A program made the position numbers and the translations under genes. The notes below the pieces were generated by a model. The model did no database searches, was not told the DNA's origin, and saw only the letters and a list, made by a program, of their open reading frames with translations. A stretch of DNA of 64,000 bases, taken from NCBI GenBank assembly GCA_964016885.1, contig CAXHJY010001444.1:1-64000 (forward strand), given 5' to 3'. This DNA is from Eledone cirrhosa. Its lineage: Eukaryota. Of this stretch, positions 29,421 to 43,415 are shown piece by piece; position 1 is the first letter of the stretch, and each line of letters begins with the position of its first letter.

Positions 29421-32372
29421 GCAGCTGCTGTCATCAAGATTACAAGTATTCAGACTATTACTACTATTATTAGTGCTTCTACTATTAGTTACAATGATAG
29501 TTTGTTTTGTTTTTTATCGTTGGCACCAGGGTAGAGCAGTGGAGGCAGGAGGGATGAGTATATATTATCGATTAAGATACATGAGTTCTTAACTGCTATT
29601 TTCTCATATCGACCCCGGTGGGAAGTAAATCAATGTCAACATCGACTAGTATTTGAACTCATAGCAACAACGATGTCATCGACAAACTTTTCTGGTCATC
29701 AAGAGGGCAGTTGTCCCACCTTCCATACACTGCCTAATAATGGCTTCATATTTAGGCACAAGGCCAGCAATTTTTTTGGGGGGGGAAGAAAGTCGATTAA
29801 ATCGACCTCAGTGCGTGACCGGTACTTTATTTCATCGACACCGTAAGGACATAAGGCAAAGCTAACCTCGACTGGATTTCAACTCAGAACGCAAAGGGCC
29901 GTAACTCTATGTCACGAAGCAGGGTATCCGACGCTCTACCGAATCTGCCAATCCACACACTGCCTTTCCAATTAAGGCACATGGCCAGCAATTTCGAAAA
30001 AGTGAACGTCGGTTAAATTGACCCTAGTATTTGACCGATACTTTATTTTAGTAGGCGTGAAAGGATGAACAGCAAAGATGACCTCAGCAGGATTTGAACT
30101 CAGATAAAAACTACCAAAATTAAAATATTTCAGAGCATTTTGTCCGACGCTCTAGAAACTCTGTGAATACGCTGCATTTTAATTTAAGCACCAGATCATT
30201 AGTTTTGTGTGGAGGTATCAACCCAGGCACTTTACTGGTGCTTTGTTTATTGACAGCGGAAAGATAAACATGAAAGGCCACGTTGACCTCGGCGGAACTT
30301 GAGCTCGGAACGTAAAGAGACGGAACAACTGTCACAAAGTATTATATTAGACAGTAATAATGTTTACCACAAGAGTGAACGGATAATACAACAGCAACGA
30401 CAGCTGGGCGTGGGGAGAGATATAACAAACTTTCTACCGACTTGTGCCACAAAGTAGCCTTAATAATTGTTTCTAGTTTTGGCACAAGGCCAGCAATTAT
30501 CCCAGTGCATTACTGGTACTTTATTTTATCGACCCTGTAAGGATGAAAGGCATAGTTAACCTCGGCGGAATTTGAACTCAGAAGATAAAGGGCAGTAACT
30601 CCTCTGTGCTGCAAAGCATGGCATCCGACCCTCTACCGATACTGCCAATCCACTGCCTTAATAATGGTTTCTGATTTACGCACAAGACCAACAATTTTGG
30701 AGGAGGGAAAATCGATTAAATCGACTCGAGTGCGTTACTGGTACTTTATTTTACCAATCCCATAAGGGTGAAAGACAAAGCTAACCTCGGCGGGATTGGA
30801 ACCTCGGAATATTAAGAACTGTAACAAATAACGCGAAGTAATTTCTCCAGAACCCTAAAATACTACCAATTATCACCTTTAATGATTTGTAATTTTGATA
30901 CAATGCCAGCAATCTTTTGGGAGGAAGGGAAATCGTTTAATCGACCCAATACGTTACTGGTCCTTTATTTCATCGATATAGGGAGGATGGAATGAAACAT
31001 TTTCCTTTGTTGGATTTGAACTTAGAACATAAAGAACCAAAGCAAATATAGATGGGGCCAGGTACCACCCTTCAAAATGGTTTCTGATTTAGGCAGAAGG
31101 GTAACTATTTCTTTTTTGGGGGAGGAGGTCGGTTAAATTTACCCTAGTACATTACTGGTGCTTTAGTTTATCGACCCCGTAGGTGAATGGGCAGAGTCGT
31201 TAGAATGCTTTGCAGTATTCGTTTCGGCTCTCTACATCCTGAGTTCAAATCCCACCGAGATCAACTTTGCCTTTCATCCATTCAAAGTCGATAAAAAAGT
31301 ACCAGTCAGTACTGGGGTCGATTCTTCCTCTATATCTCTGTCTCACTTCCTTTCTTTAACTTTCTATTTTTCTCTGGTAAAAAATCTACTGGACAGGAGA
31401 TCGGCTCTAATAGGTTTTACAAAATGCTCTAGCGTATGTCAATACGGCGTTCCTTCGACTCCCTCAGGAGTTACAGGACCATGCATGTAAGCAAAGCTAC
31501 CCGAGACAGGATTTGAACTCAGAAGGCAAAAAGCCGTAACTCTATATGCCACGAGCATATTGTCCGACGCTCTACCGATGTTGCCAATCCACCGCCTTTA
31601 GCAATAGTAGTAATAATGATTTCTAGTATAGGCACAAGGACAGCAATTTTGTGGGTAGGGGAAAGTCCACCAAATTGACCCCAGCACGTTACTGGTGCGT
31701 TATTTTATTGACCCTGTAAAGATGAAACGCAAAGTTAACCTCGTCGGGATTTGAACTCAGACCGTAAAGGGTCGTAACTCTATGCTGCAAAGCTTGGTGT
31801 CCGACAGTGTACCGATACTGCCAATCCACCGCCCTTAGCAATAGTAGTAATAATAAAAGATTAATTTCGCTCATAACCATGTGATATTATTTTACCCAGC
31901 CTTTGTAATCGAAAGTCTTACTCGGCCTGATTTGAACGTAAAGAGCCGGAATAAACACCACCATGCATTGTCTCCAACGATCTAAAAATACTATCGGCTA
32001 CCTTCCAGAATAATGGCTGAAATAAAAAAAGAAAAAGCTTTCCCTCATCACCATGTGATGCTATTTCATCAGACCATTATTATCGATTGTTTCATATACA
32101 AACCAATAAGAAAACACTCAGCTGACTCTTATAAAACCGGATATTAAATAAGGATATCCGCCCAGAAAGACCATACTTGCTTAACTTCATTTGTCATACC
32201 TAACAACAGTTTATAATGCAAGAAAAATATGAAGACGCTAGAAGATTTTGGTATACATATATTTATTTTTTAGCTAATAGACTTGAAATTCATAGTAGAT
32301 GGATTATGAAGCATCCGATTATATGTTTGTCTCTCCCTATCTCTCTCTCTCTCTCTCTCACCATCTCTCTCT

Positions 32373-32413
<41 letters not shown>

Positions 32414-33200
32414 ACACACATATATGTGTGTATAATTATGTATGTGTGTATGTATGCATGTGTGTATGTGTGTATATAAATAATCGGGCTGGATACCCGA
32501 TCGCGCGGTTAAACCACTGCGAGTGAAGGACACCTAGCCTTTGTCAGGGCATTCTTTTGGGAGAAGGCAACTCAGGAAACTGGGATAACTCTGATATAAA
32601 ACCTGCAGATCAGTAGTTACCAATGATGTTGATCTTTTCTTCTTTTCAGGTTATAGCTACTGTCGCTCAGAGAGTGGGATTGGCTCAGTGCACAGTCTTT
32701 CCTAACTTAAAAAAAACAGGCATAACACGATAGGTTAATTGATAATTATTAATAATGTTATATCGTCCAATGGCCATACTCGATAACGAAGGGGCAGCGA
32801 TCATGTAAATATGTATTCGGTTCAGTGCCCGAGCACTCGGTTATCCCAACGAGAGTGAGAGATACTTAGTTCTTGTTAGGACCTCATTGCAAGAGAAGGA
32901 AAATTATGATATAAGACCTGCGATTCGATGGCAGCCAATGATGTTGATCTGTTCCTCCTTGTGTTACCGTTACAAGTGCAAGGCCTTGCTTCACTTAACA
33001 AAGCTTCAAGCACAGGCATCCCTTGATCTAAACTTTCTTGTTTGTTGTGTGAACATGGCCTTTTCTAAAACGTCATATTTTCAAGAAAAAGGTCAAGAGA
33101 TGACAATACTCGGGACAGAGATGCAGCGATTATGTATATTTGTATATATATATATATATATATTGGAAAAGTAAATAACAACAACATGGAGTACAGTTAC

Positions 33201-33243
<43 letters not shown>

Positions 33244-33269
33244 ACTAAGATAAACTGTCCTTAAGATGC

Positions 33270-33342
<73 letters not shown>

Positions 33343-34848
33343 GTATATATATATAGATATATATATAAATCTTTATTCATGAATGTATGTATTCCGTACG
33401 CAACATATTCCTACAATGTAGATTTTCAAATGTCCTTAATTCAACCTGAAGCATTTATGCCGTGTATTGAAAACTCATTAAATTTAGAGTAGTCTCTCAC
33501 ACAATTGCAATACAATAATTAAATGGAACTATTCTATCAGCCCCTCGAGAGCTCATTATTACGTCTTGTATGTCATTAATTTGTTGTTAATTACACGTAT
33601 GAACGACAGAGTTGCATTACAAAAAGGCATATTTCCAATTTGTAATAAATCATATTTAAAAGGAAACATTTCGTAGTAAACAGAATCACCCTCTTTCTCC
33701 TCCTACCCCTCTTCTTCCTCATCCTCCTCCTCATCATCATCAGTGCTCTCTTCTCTGTGAAAGGGCTTTCATATGTAGATCAGCGCTAAACTCCTCCTCT
33801 CAGTGTTGTACGGTCTTCCTCTATTGCACTTCTCTATCACTGATATCACCTGGCACTTCTTCAACACAATTTACATCATCCATACACATTATGTGTGAGT
33901 AATCTCGTCCTCTCAGTTGCTTAATGCTAATGAAACCGGGGTAACCACTAAACTGACGAGCCTCTTGGCATAGGTCTGGCTTAAACACCATAAACACTAA
34001 GCCAAATGTATTTATCCCCGTTAAGTACATGGAGGCGGGTGATTAGAAGCACTTCACACTTTTTAAGTCATTTAACCTCTTATTGAATAATTCGGGGACT
34101 TCGGTTTTGTCGCGGCCAGCTTAGCGATGGGTAATTTTTGTTACCCGTTTCATGACAATTTCTAAATTACCAAAACAACCTTTCGCCAATTTGGATGTCC
34201 TTGACACCTGTATTCTTAACCAGCTTAGCAGTAGCCCTTTCACTTTCTGCATCACATACGTTGTTACTGTGGGATCATTGATGGAGAAATTACTTCATTA
34301 CAGCCTCTTGAAGGTTCCTATCTTGTGCAAATCTCATACGCTTCTTTGCACCAAAAGATTATCATGTACAATTTACATCGACATTATAATGTTCTAAAAT
34401 GCAGCCCGTTTGTCCTCGTCTATCTTTCTATCTATCTACCTGTTTACCTGTCTGTCTATCTCTCTGTATGCCTGAATTACGTAATGCATACTACACACAC
34501 AAACACACACATATATATAATTATATATATATAAATTATGTTACTGAGTTTACTCTATTATTATTTTGAGATTCGCGTATTGTCGCTGATCACGCAACTT
34601 TTATATGAACAATATATATGGCAAATATAATGGATGTAGTTATTATAATAATATATCAAATCAGGATGAGGTTTTCACAAAAGATTTTTTTTAACGTATA
34701 GATGTTGAGATAGTGTGGTAAAGAAAATATAGTCTGTTCAAACGGCCACTTAAATACACTCAAAACTACAAATCCATATACATGCATAACACACACACAC
34801 ACACATAGATATACACACAGACACATTCTCTCTCTCTCACACACACAG

Positions 34849-34895
<47 letters not shown>

Positions 34896-36631
34896 GTTGT
34901 TTTAACGGCAGTGACATAGATTTTACTCTACTAACCCTTAATGAAAACATAATTGTCCAAAGTTGTGTATTAACTGCTGGTTACTACAAGAGATTTAATA
35001 TCATAAACTAGTTGATAGGGACATTCCATAATTCACTAAACCAGCCAGCTATGCAGCCAGCCAGGCAGCCAGCCAAGCAGCCAGCCGATTATGCAAAATT
35101 TCAGCTCCGTGAAATTGCCTGATCGTACTGTTGCGAGTTTGATTTCCGGCTGCACGTTGTGTCCTTTAGGAAGCCATTTTATTTCACGTTACCTCTTTAT
35201 ACAGCCAGACAATATAAGTTTGTATTTGTAACTCAAAGGACCAGCCTTCTCATATATTATGTCCCAGTGACTCTCCCGAGGAAAGTGGGACTACGTTAAG
35301 GATACATGAGTCTGTTGAATGATGAGCCACTTGCACGTTAATTTCATGAGAAAGCTACTCTTTTTATCAAACAATTAAAGCATTTATTATCGTTACTTAC
35401 GGAGGTCCAGCACATTCACTTCAGCTCTGAAAATTGCTCACCTTCTCCAACGCTATAGTAGAGTAGTGCTCTCATCTTTGATAAGACGCTAATCTGTAAC
35501 ACGCAAACAGAAAAGAAATCCTAAATTGCACCCCACCCCCATAAAGTGGCCGTCTGACTGATTGTCAAAGGAACAATGACAAACAGACAACAGCCTCAGG
35601 CCCACTGACGAGCTCTCTATCCTCTTCTTATTTCTTTCACCGATATTATAATCACAATAGGTAGCAAAATGGCTGATTCGTTAAAAGGTAGGATAGACTG
35701 ATTTCAGGTATTCGTTTCAGATCTCTGCGTTCTCTTAATACAATTCCCGCCGAAACCAACTTTACCTTTCATCCCTTCACCGTCCATAAAAAATGTACCA
35801 ACAGGAGGCGATGACAGTGGGAGTTCGGCTCTTCCACGTTCGGACCATATCCTTGTGGTTGTGTTTAATGTAGTTGTGTATTACATACGTGGACTCACTG
35901 GTGCTGATATAGTTTCGATTGTGGACTATAAGCCATTTCATTTCACTATTTTAAATGTCTATCTTATAGTCTTCTATCGAGAATACCTTAAACTTCCTTA
36001 TCTCTTTATTCTTCATTCCTATCTCTGCTTCTTACATTCCATACATTACAGGGGTAGATTCTTCTTCTTCTTCTTCTTCTTCTTCTTCTTCTTCTTCTTC
36101 ACTGGAAGAAATCAACTGAGTTCAGGTCAAGAGAGGGGATAGGTTACGCCAATTTTAAAGTGCCCAAGACACGCCGTATATCACAACGGTGCCCCAACGA
36201 CTCCGTCAGTGGTTACGAGTTCATATATTCTCAGTCACGTCTCTGAATTATTTAAAACCATTTCTCTGTTAACAATCAGATGTTCTCGCACCTACCTGAT
36301 TGGTTCAGCAAATTGGTCGGTAAACCAACTAATCACTTAAATAACAGCTACCGTTCCAACACGCTATTCATCGTAAATGGTATTGTTAGATAAATAAACT
36401 CTTCACTTAACAGCCAGGCTCCGTTCTAATGATATCATCATAAAATATCTTAAAATATCTTTTTAAAGACATATGAGAGGTGACAGTACTTGAGAGTAAG
36501 GAAAGTTACCAAGTTTCAGTTTTATATTAAATTTATTGAAACACTATTTTAGTGATTGTAAATTCATCTTATTTTGCAAAATTCTTAAAAAATGATTAGA
36601 AAAAGACATTTTGAAATGGTCGCACCTATAA

Positions 36632-37720
36632 GTGTGAGCGTTGGCAGGCGTATGATAAAATAGCGTGAGCGTTGGCAGGCGTATGATAAAATAGCGTGAG
36701 CGTTGGCAGGCGTATGATAAAATAGCGTGAGCGTTGGCAGGCGTATGATAATAATAGCGTGAGTGTTGGCAGGCATATGATCATAATAGCGTGAGTGTTG
36801 GCAGGCATATGATCATAATAGCGTGAGTGTTGGCAGGCATATGTTCATAATAACGAGAGCGTTGGCAGGCGTATGATAAGTATTGTTTCTAGTTTTGGCA
36901 CAAGGGCAGCAATTATCCCAGTGCATTACTGGTACTTTATTTTATCGACCCCGTAAGGATGAAAGGCAAAGTTAACCTCGGCGGGATTTGAACTCAGACC
37001 GTAAAGAGCTGTAACTCAATGCTGCAAAGCATGGAGCGTTGGTAGGCGTATGACAATAATAGCGTGAGCGTTGGCAGGCATATGATAATAATGTCGTGAG
37101 CTTTGGCGGGCATATGATATTAATAGCGTGAGCGTTGGCAGGCTTATGATAATTGTTGCAATTGTAAGTATTGGTAGCTGTATAACAGTCACCCGTATAA
37201 ATGTTGCTTGTCGTACAACCGTTGTATATATGAGTGTTGGTAGATGCATGGTTACTGGGGTAAATGTGAGTGTTGTCTATCGTTCGATAATCGTCGTAAG
37301 TTATTGCGTTGGCTGTTGTACCATAAAGGTCGTAAGTTTTAGACTTAGCTGTTATACCACAAGAGTCGTAAGCTTTAGAAGAATTGTAAGTTTTAGTATT
37401 GGCTGATGTACCACAAGAATCGTAAATGTGAGTCTTAGGTGTTGTACTATAAACGTCGTAAGTTTTAGTCTTAGCTGTTGTACCATAAGTGTCGTAAATT
37501 ATAGTCTTAGCTAGTGTACCATAAGGATCGTAAGTTTTAGTATTGGCTGTTGTACCACAATGGTCGTAAGTTTTAAGTCTTGGCTGTTGTACGATAAGTA
37601 TCGTAAGTGTGAGTGGAATGTTGGCAGTCTTATAATAAGTGTTGTGAGAGTAGAGTGTTGTCAGTCGTATGATGAAGCTCGTCAGTGTAGGTGCTGGTAG
37701 CCGTACGGTAACAGTCGTAT
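36632..37720. repeat. 30-34-bp minisatellite interrupted by a truncated SINE (36882-37034, -)
   Basis: AGCGTGAGCGTTGGCAGGCGTATGATAAAAT units grade into GTCGTAAGTTTTAGTCTTAGCTGTTGTACCATAA units. Confidence 0.9.
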
Positions 37721-38511
37721 GTATGGATGGTTGTTAAACGAGATGATCGTTAAATGAGGAGTTACTGCATTTAGAGACGTTCCCACAAATTGACATACTT
37801 GTTTCTTCTCCTGCCAATACGTCTAGCTGACTCTTCTTTCCCTTCCTTCCCACGACTACGCCCCCTCTAAAATTCTTCGCCCCCGTTAATTTCCATATAG
37901 ATTTCCAGATTTTAAATCTGAATAGCAGCCATATTAGTCTTACAAGTGGCGGTGGATTGGCAGTATCGGTAGAGGGTCGGACGCCAGGCTTTGACGCATA
38001 GAGTCAAAGTAATGCACTGGGATAATTTCTGGCCTTGTGCCACAAGTAGAAACAATATTAGTCTTACAAGTGTAAAGGAAGCTGCAAAAGGAAATGTACA
38101 CTTCACCTCACACTCCTCTAGCCATTTTACGAATAAGAAAACACTGAAATGACTATGTAAAGTTCATTCTTCCTTCTCGTAATAATTATAAGCTTCATTA
38201 GGCAATTTGAAAATAGCTGAAAACAAAATTCTTTAGAAACGATCAAAATGATACACCGATACTAACTATATATCTATTTATATACGCACACACGCACACG
38301 TATATAATATTTGTATGTGGGTGTGTGTATGTGTATGTGTATGTGTGTGTATATATGTGTATGTATGTACATGTACGTGTATGCGTGTATGTATGGGTAT
38401 GTATGTGTGTGTAGGTTTATGTATGTGTGTATGTATGTATGTGTATGTGTGTGTATGTATGTATGAGTATGTATTTGCATGTATGTGTATATATATACAC
38501 ACACACATATG

Positions 38512-38597
<86 letters not shown>

Positions 38598-41179
38598 TGT
38601 GTGTGTGATATCGAGGTCAACTTTATCTTTCAACATTCGAAGTGACTCGATAAAAGAAAGTACCCGTACAGAGTTGAATACTGACAGAATAGTTAGAATA
38701 TCGATCTTAATGCCATGTGATATCTAGTCCAGCGCTTTATGTTCTAAGTTTACATCGCAATGTAACCTACTTGGTAGTAAACTTAGTATATCACCCGGTT
38801 TAACACCTCTGCGTTCATGGCTGCCTTTAGTGGAGTGTACTTTATTACAGGTATTCCGACCAGGTCTTTGATTTGAAGATACTATCTTCCATAATTATCA
38901 CCAAACACGAAAGACCTGAAAATTGTCATGGGCTCCGCCCTTCACTCTCTGACTAAACATTAAAGACAAATACCTACAATCCCAAAATATTTTGTTTTCC
39001 CAGGTTCATTAAACACATTATTGAGTTTTCTCGTCGTGTTAAAGGAAATATAAATGTTATCGTGGAAAATATAATACTTATACTTTTACTCTTGCTGACT
39101 TTAGCTAGTAGACTACGGTTATGTTGGCCACCGCTTTAAGTGAGCTATTCTTTTCAAGTCTGGTACTTATTTTTTGTCAAACCATTAATTTAGTAATCAG
39201 AGCTAGGGTTATCATTTTATGTTAACGTTTTCCCATGTTTACACGGACAGTATGAACCTAGGAAATGATAGCTGCTTTATGAGCGTTAAACCACTGTGAT
39301 ATTATACGACTGGCCCTGCCTGAACGGGATGCCAGTTCGTCGCAAGCTTACTTTCAGCTATTGGTATTTATACTCATATTCAGCTGAGTGGACTGGAGCC
39401 ACGTAAGATGAAATACCTTGCTTAAGAAAGTGACGCATCACCCGGTCTGAGAATCAAACCCAATATCTAATTATTATGAGTCCAGCAATCTATCCCCTAG
39501 GCCATTTGCCTTCGCTACTTACTAATGAATCCAAACCATGAACTTACAGCTCTGCTTTGGTCAGAGGCATGACTTATTTGTTAGAATGTTTAAATCACGA
39601 ACCTAACGCCGTGATTTTAATTTCCACGTACACGTTATTTCCTTGAGCAAGATACTTTATTTCACGTTGCTCTACTATACTCAGTTGGCAAACAAATGAA
39701 CTGTACCTGTAACACTAGGAGCCAGCCATGTTACACACACTACCAAGGTGAATCTTCTTGAGAACTACGTTAATAATACACATTTGTGAGGAATGCTCAG
39801 TCACTTGCATATTAATTTCACGAGTCATCTGTTCTGTTGGTAACAAATCAGGAATATTTATCCTCATAACCGATGTCAGTTCAAAACACTTCGATCAGAT
39901 TGTGAAATCAATCATATTGATATTCATGCCAGTTTGTAATTAGCACCAACCCCTACTTTTTTATGTAAACAACAATTCCCTGCAATTCTCATTCTATAAA
40001 TTTTATCCTTCAAAATCAATATTGTAATCATTATTAATGGAAATTTTCTATTGATGAGCTCATATTCATATCATATAAAACTAAAAAAGAAATTCCCTTA
40101 TAATCAACAAAATTTCCACTAGTAAACGATATGAAATGAAATGAAAAATGAAAATGAAATTTACAGCTTACAACAATGCAGGTCTAGTTGGCCACTGTCA
40201 ATGCTGCATCTCATAGGAGGTTTCTCGAGTGTTCTAGTCATATCTTGAAAATCTACGTGAAATGGAAACAAAGTGCCACTCATTCTATGTTCGTGAGTCT
40301 AACACTTAAATCTTTAGGTCACACGTCTCCACAGTAAACGCTCTCATCATTTCTAAACATAGTTTCTAATATGTTGTGCTATATAGAAAGTAACACCCTG
40401 TTAGATCGATCCTAACCGGAATTCCGATATCAGTTATAGCAATTCTACCTGATCACACAGCGGTAAATAACCCAAACCAATAAAACTTGAAATAATTATT
40501 TCTGGTATGTCTCTAAAGTTTCAATTAATGTTCTATGTTAATATAATGAATACATATACTCGATATGCATTGCACTAAAATGTAGAAGTAATATGTGTTG
40601 TTTTGGTTCATTAACATTTAATTCTTCTAAAGCCAATAATTATAATAAGAGACGTAACTACACATACGAACATAATTAAACACACACACACACACATATA
40701 TGTATATATGTGGTGTGTGTATGTATATATAGGTATATTTATGTATACATACATACATACATACATACATACATACATACATAAATACATATGTAACTAT
40801 GAATATGAGCATATGTAGGTATATATATAAATATATAGATATATTTATATATATTTATATATATATGAGAGTGAAAAGTGAGAAAGAGAGAAAGAGAAGT
40901 GAGTGTGTGGAAAAATTGATCGTATTCAATCAATATAGAAACAATGCGTTTCAGTTTTACCCACACCATTCCTTTTGATACATTTGTCTCCTGTCGAAAA
41001 GGGGAGAAGGAGAGACGACGGTATTTGAGAGAAAGAGAGATTGAAGGGTTGATAGTGAGAGAGAGAAGAGAGAATGAAGGAGGTTATTGGTGATGTAATT
41101 GTCAAGCAATGTTTATGTTTATATGTACATTTAGTGTACATTTAGCTAAGTTTAATCACTTTCAGAAATTTGAAACAGA

Positions 41180-41210
<31 letters not shown>

Positions 41211-42869
41211 CATCTATACATATATATATATGTCTGTGTGTGTGTATGTATTTATGTATTTGTGTATGTGTATGTATTTGTATTTGTGTATATATAAATA
41301 ACTATGTAGATACACACGCACACATGTGTATACATATTCACAGTCACACATACACACATGCTACATGCTACACATGCTACGCGTAACATTCCATTTTTAG
41401 GCATCTGTTAGAGTGAAGCTGTGTTCTGTATACTTTCACTCAAAATCACTGAATGGGGTATATATGAAGGAAGCTCCATGCCTGATGGCTAGTTTACCAA
41501 TTTGAACCGTTGCGTTATGAACCGATATGAAATGAGAATGCAAATAAAATGGATAATTATTTTACATTTAACATGATAATTTTACGTAATAGTTTGAGAT
41601 TCAAAATATGAATGTTTATAATGTTAATTTATTTTATTTACTTGCTCTTAAATGGTTCTAAGACAAAATAGAGAATATTTAATTTAGCTTAACTTTGTGC
41701 ACTCTTTTGGCCTCATATTTTCTGCACACTCCACTCGGTTTAGAATAGACATTATTAAATCTAACGGTATTCATTAAACAATGGATTTAAAGCAGCTTAT
41801 ATATGCGTATACACCTGGCCACACAAACATGCATACACATATATATATTTATATAAACAAAAAGTGTAAGTCAACAGGTTAAAATTAACTTCATTTATTC
41901 ATATTCATAATCCATTAACAGTAGCACTAGTAGCGTTATTCAAAAATGAGACGTATATGGAAGTATATAATATATATGTTTATATATAATAAACATGCAG
42001 AAGTGATACTGTATTTTAGCTGTGATCGTGTCACAGCTAATTCACCTACTGTGTGAGAACGCTAATATGGCGCAACCAGTAATAATATTAATGCTATAAG
42101 ACGACAAATTTTCAGAATCGTTAGAACATCTGATAGAAAGTTTTGCGGGATTCGTTCGGGTATTCTACGCTCTAAGTTCAAATCCCACCGATGTCAACTT
42201 TTCATTTAACTCTTTCGAGATTGATGAAAAATGTCCTTGTCCAGTATTATGGTCGATTCTTCCTCTATATCTCTGTTTCACTTCCTCTTTCTCTCTCCTT
42301 TCTCTGAGAGAAATCAACTGTGTTCAGATCTAGGGAAGGGATGGTCTTTCCTCAGTTTAAGATGCGCAAGATGCTTGGAATGTCACTATAACGCTTCTAC
42401 AACTCCGCCAAGAGTAAAAGGTCCATACATACATTAATAATTTACCCAATAAGCTCATAATTGCTTATTTGTTATCAGTGTTAGATTTATTCTTTTTCAT
42501 CCATTTTTCCATAGTTTGCACGGAACGGGCATTAAGCGACTGGATTCATGGCCGGATTCTTGGGCATTAAGCGACTGATAGTAAAAGATCGTATCTAGTT
42601 CGTTGTATGACTAATCTCCAGTTGCAGTTGTTGGTGCTGGTGCTGGTACCCATTTTCACCTGAGTGAACTGGAACAACATAAAATGAAATTCCCTGCTCA
42701 AGAACACCACGCGTTCTACGACGTAAGAATCGAACCTACGACCTTATGATCGTGAGAGCAACAGCCATTTACTTGCTTATGAGGGTTTCCAAGAAAAATT
42801 ACTGAATATTTAATTTAGTGTTGTGTACCCTTTTGACCTCGTGTAACCTGTCATTTGTATTCAGTCTAG

Positions 42870-43415
42870 AATTCATTCGTGACGCTAAACTCCACCGGTT
42901 GCAGACTGCGCATCAGCATGAGATATTTTTCTCCACAAAGTTCGATCACCAGCAGCAGACTTTAAAGGGCAAATATCAATCCAGTCCATAAGTTGACATT
43001 ATCAAGCCATCGTTTTGGCTGCCGGCTTCTGCTTCTCTTACCAGCCAACTTTCCTTCCAGGTATAACCTACTCACACAAGGAGTTGATCTTTTTATATGA
43101 CTGTATAGTTTGAGTACTCTTGACTCGACAATTGATGTAATTGGTTAAAGTTTGGTAATGTTGAGCAGCTCACTGATACAGATACGGTCGCTGAGCCGCT
43201 TGCCAGTGATAAGTCTTATGCTGTGGTTCTGGAATGTAGAGAGCTTCTGAAGTGACATTGTCGTCCAATTAATAGTCAAGACAACTGGTAGGATGTAAGT
43301 ATCAAAGATCTTAGCCTTCAAATGATAGGAAACTCATTTTGATGTTAGTACTTTCTTGTTCTTGTTGAAAGCTGCCCAACCTAGAGCGATTCGATATTGC
43401 GCAGCAACCATTTCA
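42870..43415 (-). mobile_element. RTE-clade LINE 3' fragment
   Basis: RIALGWAAFNK..KIFDTYILPVVL..FQNHSIRLITG..LEGKLAGKRSRSRQPKRWLDNV, with stops and frameshifts. Confidence 0.8.

Larger units (their letters stand above)
26270..32000. mobile_element. Dense nest of >15 full or partial copies of a ~190-bp tRNA-derived SINE (MetaSINE-like core)
   Basis: A box TGGCAGTATCGG, B box GAGTTCAAATCC, core GCCTTTCATCCTT.CGGGGTCGATAAAATAAAGTACC, tail GCTGGCCTTGTGCCAAAAGTAGAAACAATTA. Examples: 27628-27808(-), 27916-28135(+), 30463-30658(-), 31615-31835(-). Confidence 0.85.

Noticed and set aside
28731-29592. Thr-rich mucin-like and poly-L/Y/V ORFs
   Set aside because: Trinucleotide repeats open in several frames, starting inside a SINE.
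34150-34420. Non-repetitive short ORFs as a host exon
   Set aside because: No recognisable domain or convincing splice pair; a small exon cannot be excluded without RNA data.
36632-37150. CRISPR-like ~30-bp repeats
   Set aside because: Units are contiguous with no unique spacers, there are no cas genes, and the context is eukaryotic.
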